A stretch of DNA of 64,000 bases from a virus. Below are positions 1-11,600 of this stretch, in pieces (position 1 is the stretch's first letter; each line of letters opens with the position of its first letter). The notes under the pieces were generated by a model. That model was given only the letters and a program-made list of their open reading frames with translations. It made no database searches and was not told where the DNA came from. A program made the translations under genes and the position numbers. The DNA lies in IMG/VR virus record IMGVR_UViG_3300027541_000132; one strand, given 5' to 3'.

Positions 1-751
1 CAAGTTTATTAAAGGTAATTGTAGTAGAAATTCTTGTTAGATATTCTTCGTACTGTTCTCCGTCTAAAGGCAATGGTTGTAGCACTTCTACATTGGCAGC
101 GTTGAATGCCGCAACGTTGGTAGCAATAGTTACAATATTTCCAAATACAAAGTTGTGAGCGGATGCAGTAGTTATAGTAACAAGGTTACTTTGACGTTTG
201 GCGCTAACAACTGCCGACACCCTAGTTGTGACTGGACCGACTGGTAGTAATCCGGTATCTTCTGTGAAAACTTGATAATATGTACTGTTTGGAGGAGTCA
301 CTCCTGAAACAGTAGTTGTAGTTCTGTATAGTGTACTTTCGTTAGACACAGTATGTCTAATAACAGTATCTGGGATATAAGTTGCTTCTGGATCAAAATC
401 GTAGATTTGAATGTCTGGATTTGGACCAGGAGTGATCCATACAGGTGCGTCTGGACCTGCAATGGTCATTGTAAATGTTCTGTCGGAAATTTCTGTACCG
501 TTAGATGCACGGATTACAAATGTAGATGTTGTGTTAGTAGAAACTTCTAAAGGAGAGCCCTTGATAACCCAAGTGCTTAAATTTGTATCGTAGGCGACTC
601 GTAGCCCGCTGGGCAAATTGCCTGCGATAACTGAAAATGTTACTCCGGTTAAGTCTGCGCTTGGAATTATAGGCAGAGGTATAGTCTGGGTCTGTCGTTC
701 GTTGTAAGTATTAAAACTGTATCCAGACGGTTGATTCCATATATTAAGCAT
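1..751 (-). CDS. Virion structural or fibre protein, partial: N-terminal 250 aa, continues beyond window start
   Basis: Open minus-strand frame from ATG (rc of 749-751, preceded by GGGGA RBS and an in-frame TAA) with no stop before position 1. Thr/Ser/Asn-rich fibre-like composition. Absent from the ORF track because no stop lies in the window. Confidence 0.6.
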   Translation of the reverse strand, partial: MLNIWNQPSGYSFNTYNERQTQTIPLPIIPSADLTGVTFSVIAGNLPSGLRVAYDTNLSTWVIKGSPLEVSTNTTSTFVIRASNGTEISDRTFTMTIAGPDAPVWITPGPNPDIQIYDFDPEATYIPDTVIRHTVSNESTLYRTTTTVSGVTPPNSTYYQVFTEDTGLLPVGPVTTRVSAVVSAKRQSNLVTITTASAHNFVFGNIVTIATNVAAFNAANVEVLQPLPLDGEQYEEYLTRISTTITFNKL

Positions 752-799
752 TGTTTAATCCCCGATACTGTATTTATCGGTACCGGGAAATTAAATTTA

Positions 800-2029
800 T
801 TACCAAGTACCGCCAGTAAATGCTACTCTGACCCAAATATCGGCTGCGCCGGTTGTATAATCTGCAATACAGCGATAAATGTACGAATTTGTAATAATAA
901 CAGTTCCGGCAGCATCTCCAGATGCGCCCTTAGATGAAGTAGGTGCAGTGGCTGTACTTAATATTAAAGAATCGTTAAGTACAAAATTTCCGCTTACTAG
1001 TACACCGTCTCCGTCAAAACTTAGGGGAATTAGGTCATATGAGCTGGTTCCAGTATTGTAAACTTTAAAGTTTAAACCAGGACTTAGTGCAGGAATTAAG
1101 TTGGACTGTGTATATGCTTCTAACTTAACTAACTGCTCAGTTGTTGTACCGTTGTTTACTTTAAACTCCATAGCAGAGCCAGATCCTAGCAAATCTAATG
1201 CGCGACCATTAATTTCTAATGCTATAGGACGAGCGCCTGAAGTTGAAGTATCAGTAACCTTTAATAATGTAGGGCTACCAGCAGTTGCATTAAACGTACC
1301 GACGCCAGTAACTGTTACATTTCCAAATGTAGAAGCACCTGTTACATCGATACCGTTTGAAAAATTAGTGTTAGGAGTTACAGTTAAATCCCCAGAAGTA
1401 GTAGTAATGGAACTTGTAACAACACCACCAGTAAAACTAGAACCAGTAATAGCGCCGCTAACAGCAAGACTAGTCAGCGTACCAACGCTGGTAATGTTTG
1501 TCTGTGCGGCAGTTAATACTGTTCCTGTTAAATTGCCTGATACATTACCAGTTACATTGCCTGATACATTACCAGTTACATTGCCTGTAAACGTACCTTT
1601 AACAACTTCTGCTGGAATTCTTCCGTTACCCGAATCAACAAGGAGAGTTGAGTCGCTTGCAAATACATTACCTTCAAGCCACCCATTAAAACCATTAGCA
1701 TTAACTAGACCAGTAACATTCACGTTACCAACATAAGGAGTAGATGTTAAGTTAACAGCGGCACTAAAACTACCAATATTGTTGCCATCGTCAACATATG
1801 AAAAGTTTATATTTGTGTGTGTACCTGTTGCAAATACTGCCGCAACTGCATCTCTTGCGTTTTCGTCTGAAAACGCAGTTACTGATTTGCCACCGGCTGT
1901 TCCGTCGATGCCGTTGGTACTGTCGCCTACATACACTTGCTGAAGTGTTGTATCATAAATTAGTTCGCCTTCGAGGAATTTTCTTGCGGTTCTCTCAGCG
2001 GTTGTTCCTCTACGGATTTGTAATGCCAT
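800..2029 (-). CDS. Tail-fibre or structural protein (409 aa) with conserved N-terminal motif
   Basis: ORF-track entry. N-terminus 'ALQIRRGT...LEGELIYDT..VYVGD' is followed by G/T/N-rich β-repeat sequence with tandem 'GNVTGNVSGNVTGNVSGNLTG'. RBS AAGGAGAG is upstream. Confidence 0.7.
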   Translation of the reverse strand: MALQIRRGTTAERTARKFLEGELIYDTTLQQVYVGDSTNGIDGTAGGKSVTAFSDENARDAVAAVFATGTHTNINFSYVDDGNNIGSFSAAVNLTSTPYVGNVNVTGLVNANGFNGWLEGNVFASDSTLLVDSGNGRIPAEVVKGTFTGNVTGNVSGNVTGNVSGNLTGTVLTAAQTNITSVGTLTSLAVSGAITGSSFTGGVVTSSITTTSGDLTVTPNTNFSNGIDVTGASTFGNVTVTGVGTFNATAGSPTLLKVTDTSTSGARPIALEINGRALDLLGSGSAMEFKVNNGTTTEQLVKLEAYTQSNLIPALSPGLNFKVYNTGTSSYDLIPLSFDGDGVLVSGNFVLNDSLILSTATAPTSSKGASGDAAGTVIITNSYIYRCIADYTTGAADIWVRVAFTGGTW

Positions 2030-2041
2030 TCTATTCTCTCC

Positions 2042-2659
2042 TTATGCTATGGGTCCAGCGTCTATACTTATAGGGCTCGGGTCGGTAAACGTGCCCATGT
2101 CCGTTCCAATTTCATTTAACAAATAAGTAATTGGATCGTAGTACGTAGGTGCAATGGGTCCATAGTCAAATGTATTTACCTGTCTATCTAAAAGTGTTAC
2201 ATCAACAAACGGGTTTTGAGTTGCAGTTCCGCCGTTTCTAATTAAACCTACAACATTTCCAGTTAAAGTGCCAGAAAATGTAGTGGCTGTAACAGTACTA
2301 ATGTTATTAATAGCCTGCCCATTAAAGTCAACTGTAGCCGTTGGATGTAAATCTAACTGCAACACATCTCCTACTAATTGTAATCTTAGTGGTCCTAGCG
2401 CATCTAGTTTTCTAAGTTCTAGATTGCTGTCTGCGTTCTTTTGTTTAAAAACACCTAGTCCTGAAGTGCCTATATTTTCAGCACTAACTGGAGCATAACC
2501 GTTGTTGTACAGATATTCAAAGTTAGTTTTAACTTTTTCAAAGGCTGTACGCAGGTCGTCCCCAGTACCGTCGTTGACGACATTTCCTAGGTTAATCTCT
2601 TGTAAATCATCATATAATGCCATGTTATTTTCCTTAGAATCTACCAACAACAATCTCAA
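2042..2659 (-). CDS. Structural protein (205 aa) with fibre N-terminal motif
   Basis: N-terminus 'NLGNVVNDGTGDDLRTAFEKVKTNFEYLY' matches the motif at the start of the 3102-aa protein. Confidence 0.65.
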   Translation of the reverse strand: MRLLLVDSKENNMALYDDLQEINLGNVVNDGTGDDLRTAFEKVKTNFEYLYNNGYAPVSAENIGTSGLGVFKQKNADSNLELRKLDALGPLRLQLVGDVLQLDLHPTATVDFNGQAINNISTVTATTFSGTLTGNVVGLIRNGGTATQNPFVDVTLLDRQVNTFDYGPIAPTYYDPITYLLNEIGTDMGTFTDPSPISIDAGPIA

Positions 2660-5600
2660 CTAGGCCTTCGCCTAAATCGTCTTTGTTCTCTAAACTCTTA
2701 CCAATAATAGTTCCTACAGATGGAGTATTATTAACTATTGCGTAACCTTTCTTAGCCGCAGTAACTAGAATATCACCTTTCTTAACCTTACCAAGTACTT
2801 TACATGGCAAGCGTCCTGTTAGGCCTACTGCTAGTGGATGTTTTCCTGCTAAATCAGAGTTCATCAAATGCGCTGGTTTTTCAGAAATAACACCAGCAAC
2901 TCTAGTATCGTTATGTTTGTCAGTGACTGTAATTTCTTCATCACCACCAAATACTACAACAGTACCAGTTTCATATTCTGCATCTGACAAGTATTTTTCA
3001 GCCAAGTCAGCGTAACGAGCACTTGTAGCAGTACCATTGAATAATGTTGCGTATAGTGTGTCGGTAAATGGATTACAATAAATGCCGCCTGTGCCATATA
3101 CACTATTACCGCTACCCCATAACATTTGATATGTGCTGTTACTATCGTTGTTATAGTTAATTGTAACTGTACTTGCATTACCTGCAATGTTCATTGACTG
3201 TCCGCTAATGAACGAAGCAACTTTTGCGGCTGTAGCAGAGCGATAGTAGTTATCGCCAAACTTAGCCATTATGTATGTAATGGTGCCACCACTTACATCG
3301 TCGCTACTGTTAAAGTAACTGCTGTTAATATAACGTCCGTTGAAGTCACCGTTAACGTCACGTGCAACTAATGTGCTTCCTGTGGCCGCACTTGTTGCGT
3401 TAGTTTGGATTGTACGTGTTGTACTACCATCGTAACTTGAACCAGCAGTGAAACTTAGGTATGTGCTTAGACCCAGTGTACCAGCCAATGTACCAGTAAC
3501 AGCACCGTAGATAGTTCCACCAACACGTAGGTCGCCACTGATACCTGCACCGCCTGTAACCTGTAATGTACCAGTACCGTTGGCAGCACCTGTTACTGCT
3601 TGGTTAGCAGTTAAGGTTACTGTATCGTTAGCAGACAACAATTTAAAATAACCATTACCTCGAGTAGTTGCACCAATGTTTACGTTGTTTATTGATCCGA
3701 CACTGGCCGGAGCAATAGTTACAGTACCGGTACCACTTGGACTTAGTGTTACGTTAGCATTAGCAGGACTAAATGTTGTAGTGCTTGCTGATGTTATTGC
3801 GTTTGCACTTAAAGTACCAACTGTGGTAATAGTTGTGCCTGCTGAAGTAGTTCCAACTGCTGTTAAGAAGTCTACAGCACCGGGTGTAGTCATAGTCAGT
3901 GTAGTTCCGCTGACGCTTAAGGTCTTATAACTACTTGAAGTTAAGTCTAACTGTGCTACAGCAACACGGCCGCTACCATCAGATTGTATCAATGAACTAG
4001 CCTGAGCACTTGTACTAATGTTTGTTGTACTGTAAGCGTTTGGACCAATAGCAGTTAAAATCATTGCACGACCATTGCTACCTACTGATCCTGGAGCAAA
4101 TGACGCATTCTTAATACCATCGCCGTTGGTAACAATCTGTCCAGATGTTACTTGACGAGGATATGTAGCACTGCCTGTATTATTACCTAAATAAGTGTCG
4201 TTGGCAATATACTGTAATTTAGTTTGTAATACACCTGTAGTTGTTGAACTGGATGTTTGCAACTCAATCCAACCGTTAGTTGCAGTAAATTCTGTACTCT
4301 TGAAACTTGCTAGACCCAAATCTGCCTGTGCAATACTTGTAGCATTTGCACGAGTAGTTGCTTTATTCATGTCTAACTTACTTTGTGCAATAGCCGCACT
4401 AGAATTAACGTCTGCGTTAATAATTACATTAGACTTGATGTTTAAAGCAAGATTTTTAGTTCCAGGAGTCAATGAAGTTTGAATATCGCCTGTGCTAACT
4501 GTTTCAGCGTTGATCCATTTAACTCCGTTATAAACTAATAAATCATTTAAACTTCTTGCTGGACTTGTTGAAGTATCAACTCTGTCATCGCTTAGTTCTT
4601 GATTTCTAACATATAACTTGTTAGCCGCATCTGTATCAGCAGTAGGACTACCTAAGTTAGCAATAACAAATCCGCCCATGTCCATTGGATCTGGACCAGT
4701 AAATGTTAACAAACCAGCACGATCCATGTAGCCTGGACCAATTAGTGCAGTTGGATCTAGAACGTTATTTGTACGATCCATTCCAAGACGTCTGTCAATG
4801 TAACCTTGTGTTGCCGCTTCAGTTGGTAGCGCATCGTTAGCACCGTCAGTAAATCTATCATCGTTTGAGAATTCACTAACTGTAACACCACGCTTAAATC
4901 CTAGACCGTCTAAGTTTGACAACGCAATAGATGCCGCAAACGTTACACGACCAGTACCTTGGTCAACTGTAAAGAATCGACCTACACGGAAAATACCGTC
5001 TTGGTCTGTGGTTACATAGAAACAACGTCCTCTTGTACGTTCTGTAACTTCACGTGCTTGGTTAGGTTCTTTTGGAGCACCGTAAATCTTGCTTGGGAAG
5101 TTAGTATCGTTATAGCCTCCAGTACCAATGTCTAAGAAGTCATGTCCTGTAACACGGCAAGTACTAATACGTACAATAACTTCTGCTGGCTCTGTGCTAG
5201 ATAAACCTGCACGTAATGTTGGAGGTTCAGAAATATCCAAGTTAAAGTCTGGATCAACTGGTGTATTAATACCGCTAGCAGATGTTCCTGCTAGACACTT
5301 ATCAGCGACATCTTCTATTTCAACATAAGCGTAACCGGCTAATAACCCCATGTCAGTGTAACTTAAAATTTTATGAATCTTGCCATCCCAGGCAGTAATC
5401 ATATCTCCGGTATTAAGTCTGCTTTCAATGTCAGTTTCGTTTACACGGTCGATGGCAATCTTAGTATCACCAGCAGTCGACCCCATAGTCTGTCCAACAT
5501 TATCTGGATCAGCGTTAGATACATTTTCTGCATTGACTAGTAATTTTACATAATCGTAAGTTGTATCGAAGCCTAGAATACTTTCGTCTACCGCAAGGTC

Positions 5601-8600
5601 TTCATTTAATGGACCTTTGTTACCGTATGCTAACACACGATAAACAATAGCACCTGCATCGGGATCACCGACGAATGTCAATGCAGTACTTGGACGAACC
5701 GGGTTAGTGTCATCGACTTCGTAGAACTTAAAGTTTTGGTTACTGCGAATAATAATTGGTTGGTCATGTGACAATGCTACGGCCAAGCCGTTTGTAGCAG
5801 TATCATTATTACCGCCAGTGTTGATGTTTAGACGTAGAACGTTGCCTAGGCCCCATAGGCTAGCCAAACCGCCTGCCCATGTTCCAGGATTGGTACTGTA
5901 CTCTAGTGTAACACTAGATGTTGTACTAGCGGTAGCAGTATATACACCGTTAAACCCAGAAGTTGTTGATCCACTAACTGTGTAAGGTACACCAATTCTT
6001 GGTGTATATGGTTCAGCAGTGAACGAATATGTTACGTAATATTTTCCGCCTGTTGGCCCAGTCTTAAGTGGTGTTCCAGAAACAGACTGTGCCAAGGTAC
6101 TTGAAACATCAGTTACACCTGCAACTTCGTAACGAGCAATACCGTTACCAATAATAGTTTTAACAGTGATAAAGAAGCCCGAACCTGTTCCGCCTACGTT
6201 TGTATTACTGCAACTTAAAATATCACCTTCGCTGTATCTAATACCTGCGGCAACTAAACCTACAGTAGTTACTACACCTCCTGACACAACAATGTTAGCA
6301 GTGATACCACTACCAGTTCCGCCTGTTAACGGAACATTAATATATGTGCCGTTGGTATAACCACTACCACCGATTAAACTAGTTGCGTCTAGTTCTGTAA
6401 CAACGCCAGCGCCGTGGTTAATTTCAACTTCAGATACGTTGTATGGTGAGTAATCATGTTGGTAGAAAAATACCTGTAAATCACCAACATCGTTGTCTGT
6501 GCTATAAATTCCTTGTTTGTAAACACGAGCAACCTGCATCATGTTGTCTGACAAGTTACACTTATCTGGAACTTCTAATGGATCACTACCTTCAGAAATA
6601 ATACCATACTCGCCGTGTGCGTTAGAACCGTTCAATGAACGAATCTGTCCACCGTTGTTGGCATAATAAGCAGTCCAGCAATAGTAACTGAACACAGAAA
6701 CTGTTTCAATCAAACCAATGTTTGTAGCAACCAGTCCATAACCTAAGTCGTTAATCTGTGTAAAGTCATTTGAACACATACTGGTGTTACCAGCACTTAG
6801 TAGCATAAAGTCTTTTACATACTCTATGGTAGTAGTGCCAGTGCCAAATGCACCCGGGTCACTTGGATAACGTAGTGTCATCGAAGTTAGTGTAGATGCT
6901 ACACACTCTACAGCATCATTGTTATAGTTAGAGTTGCTGTTGCCAAACACTCTATAACGTGTTTTAGTTCTAGGAGCAGTAGTTCCAACGGGCGTAACAA
7001 TGCTGAATACTACATCGTAAGATCCATCCCCGACGCCCGAGTCTGCCTTGCTAGTGAAGGTAGAAATAGTATATTCTAAGTCGTTAGTTACAGGAGTAGT
7101 TGTAGAAAGAACTAATCTGTATGTTGGGTAAACGATAGGTTTGGCACCAGTTAATACTGTTGAAACATCTACTTCCGGGTCTGTAATAACTTCGTTTAAT
7201 AAATCAAACAACTGTCCTGCTCGTGTAACAAATGCAGAGCCGTCGTAGTCAGAACTGAATACCTGTGATACTCTATTCTCTACAGCAACATCGTTAATAA
7301 CTTGATAATTTAATGTTGGTGGAACTTGATTCAATACAGCCTGTGCAACTTCCTTGGCATAGGCAAATGAATCTAATGTTTGTGATAATTGATTTTCTAA
7401 TACAACACGGCTACTAGCAGTACCTACATAGTAACGCTGTGCGGCACGAATTGTTAAGTATGTTCCGCCATATAACAAGTCTGCTGAAACTGCGGCAACA
7501 ATAAAGCCAACGTCTCGTGAACAAATTTCTTCATTGTAAACTAATGTGTTTGTATAATTAGCATCGATATAATTTGTTACAGCAGTTTGTAAAGTTGACT
7601 TAGCACTTTGTAGTGCAGAATTTGCACCAGTTAAGCCAGCACTTACCCAAGCAGTACTTGGAGTAATTGTTGAAGGAACAGAACCGAGCCCAAGGTCGAT
7701 AATTGTTAAAATTTCTCCAATACGCTGTCCAGCAGTAGCACTGGCAGAACTGTTACCTGGAGTACCGCGAACCTGCGCAACACCACCTTGTAATGCAGTA
7801 ATAGGTAAGTCTAATGCAATGTCTTCAACTAGACTTTGTAGATAACCATATGCGGCCAATGTTGCTGGTTTCTCAGGAGCCGCAACTTGTAGAGTTGTGT
7901 AAGAATAATAAGCCTTACCAGCAATCAATGTTTGAATGTTACCACCGTAGGTTAGGTCGTGATATAGTGCATCTAAAATGTATTCTGTATCACGTAAGCA
8001 TACAGCAGGGTCATAACTTAATCCAACATAGTTGTTAGAAATATATTGAATTACTTCTGCTTTAATAAATTCTCTGTTAGATTCAATCAGTGTTCTAGCA
8101 CGATTATAATTTACATCGTAGCCTGTTGGATCAGGAGTTACGATTGCAGGTTCTTGAGTTAGTCCGTTAGTAATAACATCTAAGAACATATTCATGTTGG
8201 TAGTTACACTAGTAACTGCGGTAGCACTTGCACTAACAACAGATAATATTTCATCTCTTAAGAAAGTAAATGCGTCAATAGTTGCGGCTTTTTGTACGCC
8301 AACAGCCACAGCGGCTGAAGCTCTGTAATAAGATCTTGCCGCTGTAATTGTCTGGAAGTTGCCGCCAAACATTAAGTCGTAACCAATAGCATCAATTACA
8401 TAACCCACGTCACGTTGACATGTAGCAGAATCATAGGTAAATCCTACATATTTGTTGTTAATGTAGTTAATAACTTCTGCTTTGATAAAATCTTTATTAT
8501 CGACTAACAATGCACGAGCACCACGAGCACTTGGCGGATTTTCTAAAATGCCAATGAACTCGTCAAACAAATCTTGAATAGTTGCTTCTGCTAAGCCGCC

Positions 8601-11600
8601 ATCGGTAATATCGGTATCGATATACTGTAGAACAGATTGTTGATATCGTACTGTTGGATCTTCGTTATTAATAACATTTAATATCAATGTTTCAATGTAG
8701 TTAATAGCCGCAAGTGTGTTGGCCAACTGCTGGTCAATAACAATCTTAGAACTAGCACTAGCATTGAAGTATGCTAGAGCTGCCTGAACTGTTTTTAAAT
8801 TACCGCTATAATAAATGTCGTGTGCAATAGCATCGCAGATGTATCCAGTGTCACGAGCACAAGTATCTTGGTTGTAACTATATCTTTGTTGTAGATAAAC
8901 TAATGTGTCAGACTTGATACTTTCTTTGTTGTTTAACAATAATGTTCTGCTGTCTGTTAACGAACCAGACACACTATAGAAAGTTGGATATTCAATAGTA
9001 GGAGCCGCTTCACGTCCGCTTAAAATAATAGTATTAATGTAGCCCATTAACACACCTACTCTAGCAGATTCAGTTGCGCTACCTGGATTAACTAAATCAA
9101 ATACCTGTGTTACAGCACTTTGTTTAGGGAACGGAACAGGAGTATTAGTAACAACTAACTGTGCAACACCACTGGCATAGGCCAATGCTTCTGTGGTTTG
9201 CAATGTTTGTCCAGGAATTTGCAAACTTCCGTTACCATCGTAATATTGATATCCGGCTTCTACAGTTGCCGAGTTACCTTCATATAGTAAGTCGTAAACA
9301 ATAGAATTTAAAATGTATGCCGCATCTCGACGACACTTGTCTTCGTCGTAGACAAAGTCTGGATATTCTTCAGCAATCCAGGCAATAATTTCTTCTTTAA
9401 TAAATTCAATGTTATCTAAAATAAGATTTTTTGCATTTACTCTTGAAGTAGGAGCACCTGACGGATCTGACCATGTAATTGTATCTGATGAAATAATACC
9501 GTTAGCAATGATATCTGTTATCTCATCAAAACTTGCTTCTGCTCTTAGACGTGCAACAGAGTTACCGGCTAATACATCAGAAATTAATGTTCTTGTATAG
9601 ATTAACGCATCTAAGTATTCATCTTTTTGGTCTGGAAGAATACTGTATTGTGTGCCGCGATAGTATGATTGTCCAGCACGTACAGCATTAAAGTTTGTAC
9701 CTAGTGCTAGATCGTAACCTAGTGCATCAACAATCAATCCAACGTCACGAGCACATTTGGTTTCGTTGAATGTAAATGGTGGACTTAGTTCTGTATTAAT
9801 ATAACCAATAACTTCTGCTTTGATAAAGTCGATGTTTCGACGAATTAATTTTCTAGCATTTCCATAGCCGTTGCCGTCATCAGTGTATGCTTCAACTTTA
9901 AAAGTTCTTCCGTCAATAACAAATGAGCAAGGAGTTGTTGGAGCACGTTCACTGCCTGTTACTAGGAATTCTGTGTCGCTGATTTTTTCTTGAATCTTAA
10001 GAGGAACGTTACCAGCAAAGCCGTCAACATACTGTCCACCAGCAAAACGTTGTTTGTTTAGTGATCCTGCAAAAGAACCGGACTGTTGAATATATGCAGA
10101 CTTGGTTAAAATTTCACCTTCTGGGTCAAGTACCATCATAAAGCCGCCGTGGCCTTGACAGGTAATCTGACGAATAATAACAGCATCGTTACATAAGAAT
10201 ACGTCAAGGTCTCTGTTGTTCTTTGGTTCACTTAAAATATCAGACGGGTCTGTTAGATAGTGATAACCGTATTCTGTGCTGGTTAAAGTTAATCCGTCAA
10301 ATGTTTTATCTCTACGGAACCAAACGTCAACCCATGGACTGCGACTTGGGCGGTCCGCTGGACGAACAATACATCTACGCAATTCGTCACCAACGATAGC
10401 AACGTTTGGCGGGACACGAATTGGATAGTCTTCAAAATAGATACCAGATTCAACAACAATACTAATTTGGATATTTTTAACTGCTTGGTCAAACTCTAGG
10501 TTTTCGCCAGGCACAAAATCACCAATAACATCCTGCAAGTCAAAATAGTCTTCGCCGATACTTGAACTACCATCGGAGCCATAGTATTGATAAATGAAAC
10601 CCTGTGCGCCGCTGGTACGTCCAACAACAATCTTACCGGAGACAATATCTGGTTTTGGTAATTGACCTTGGTCAACACGAGAACCACCGTTGTTAGTAAA
10701 GTAAACACGAGTAGTACCAGATGCACCAGATTCAATTCTTGTAACTTCAGAGAACGCTTCACCGCCACCGTAGGCAATTAACTGACGATAAGGACCAGTT
10801 TCCCATGGTGCATCATTTACTAATTGTTCTGCTTTTTGACAGGCTTTGTTAATACTTGCATAAGCATAAGAACGATCGCGTCCTTCTTTTCCACGCGGTG
10901 TACGTGCCTGTGTGTCGTCACCGCCTGTGGTAACGTACAAGTTAAATCTGCTTGAATAACTTGAATTATCTACATAATATTTTGTAGCGGCTTGTAAGTC
11001 ATCTTCTCCGTTAGGCGTACCAGCACCTGCAAGTCCGCCTGGATGATCTGCTAAGTTTAGCACACCAGTCATATCGCCGCCAGTTTTTAATACAACTTCT
11101 GCGGCACGTGGTGCTTGGTTACCTGTGGCGTTTGCTGGCACATTTAAGTGACCAGTCATTGTGTCGCCTGTAATGTTTACATATTTGGAGTCGGCATAAC
11201 CTTTGTTAATAGCAAAGGAATCTATGCTATAAAGAGTTTCGTGCTGTGTGTTGAAACTATTAACAGCAGTTTGGAAATCTGTTTGATTAATAGGACTGCG
11301 TAAGCCGCCGATTAATTGATTACGTGCATCCAGCGCATATTGTAATTTTGGTAATGGGTCGTCCTGTAATTTAGAACTTAATGTATCAATTTTAACGGAA
11401 CCGTAACTGGTAATAGTACCAGTTGCCGCACTAGTTGATAAGTTTGTTCCTGCGTTTGTATATACTAGAACATTGTCTACTGTGCCAGTTAACAATAGGG
11501 CAGAAGTAGTGTTAAATGAAGTATTGTCTGTGGACGCGATTGTAACTCGTTGTCCAGGATCTAAATTGTGGTTTGCTGAAAGTGTAATAGTGGCAACGTT

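Noticed and set aside
1101-1736. 211-aa plus-strand ORF antisense to the tail-fibre gene 800-2029
   Set aside because: It is an antisense frame of a repeat-rich fibre gene. The 'LPDTLPVT' repeats mirror the sense-strand GNVTG repeats, so it is unlikely to be coding.
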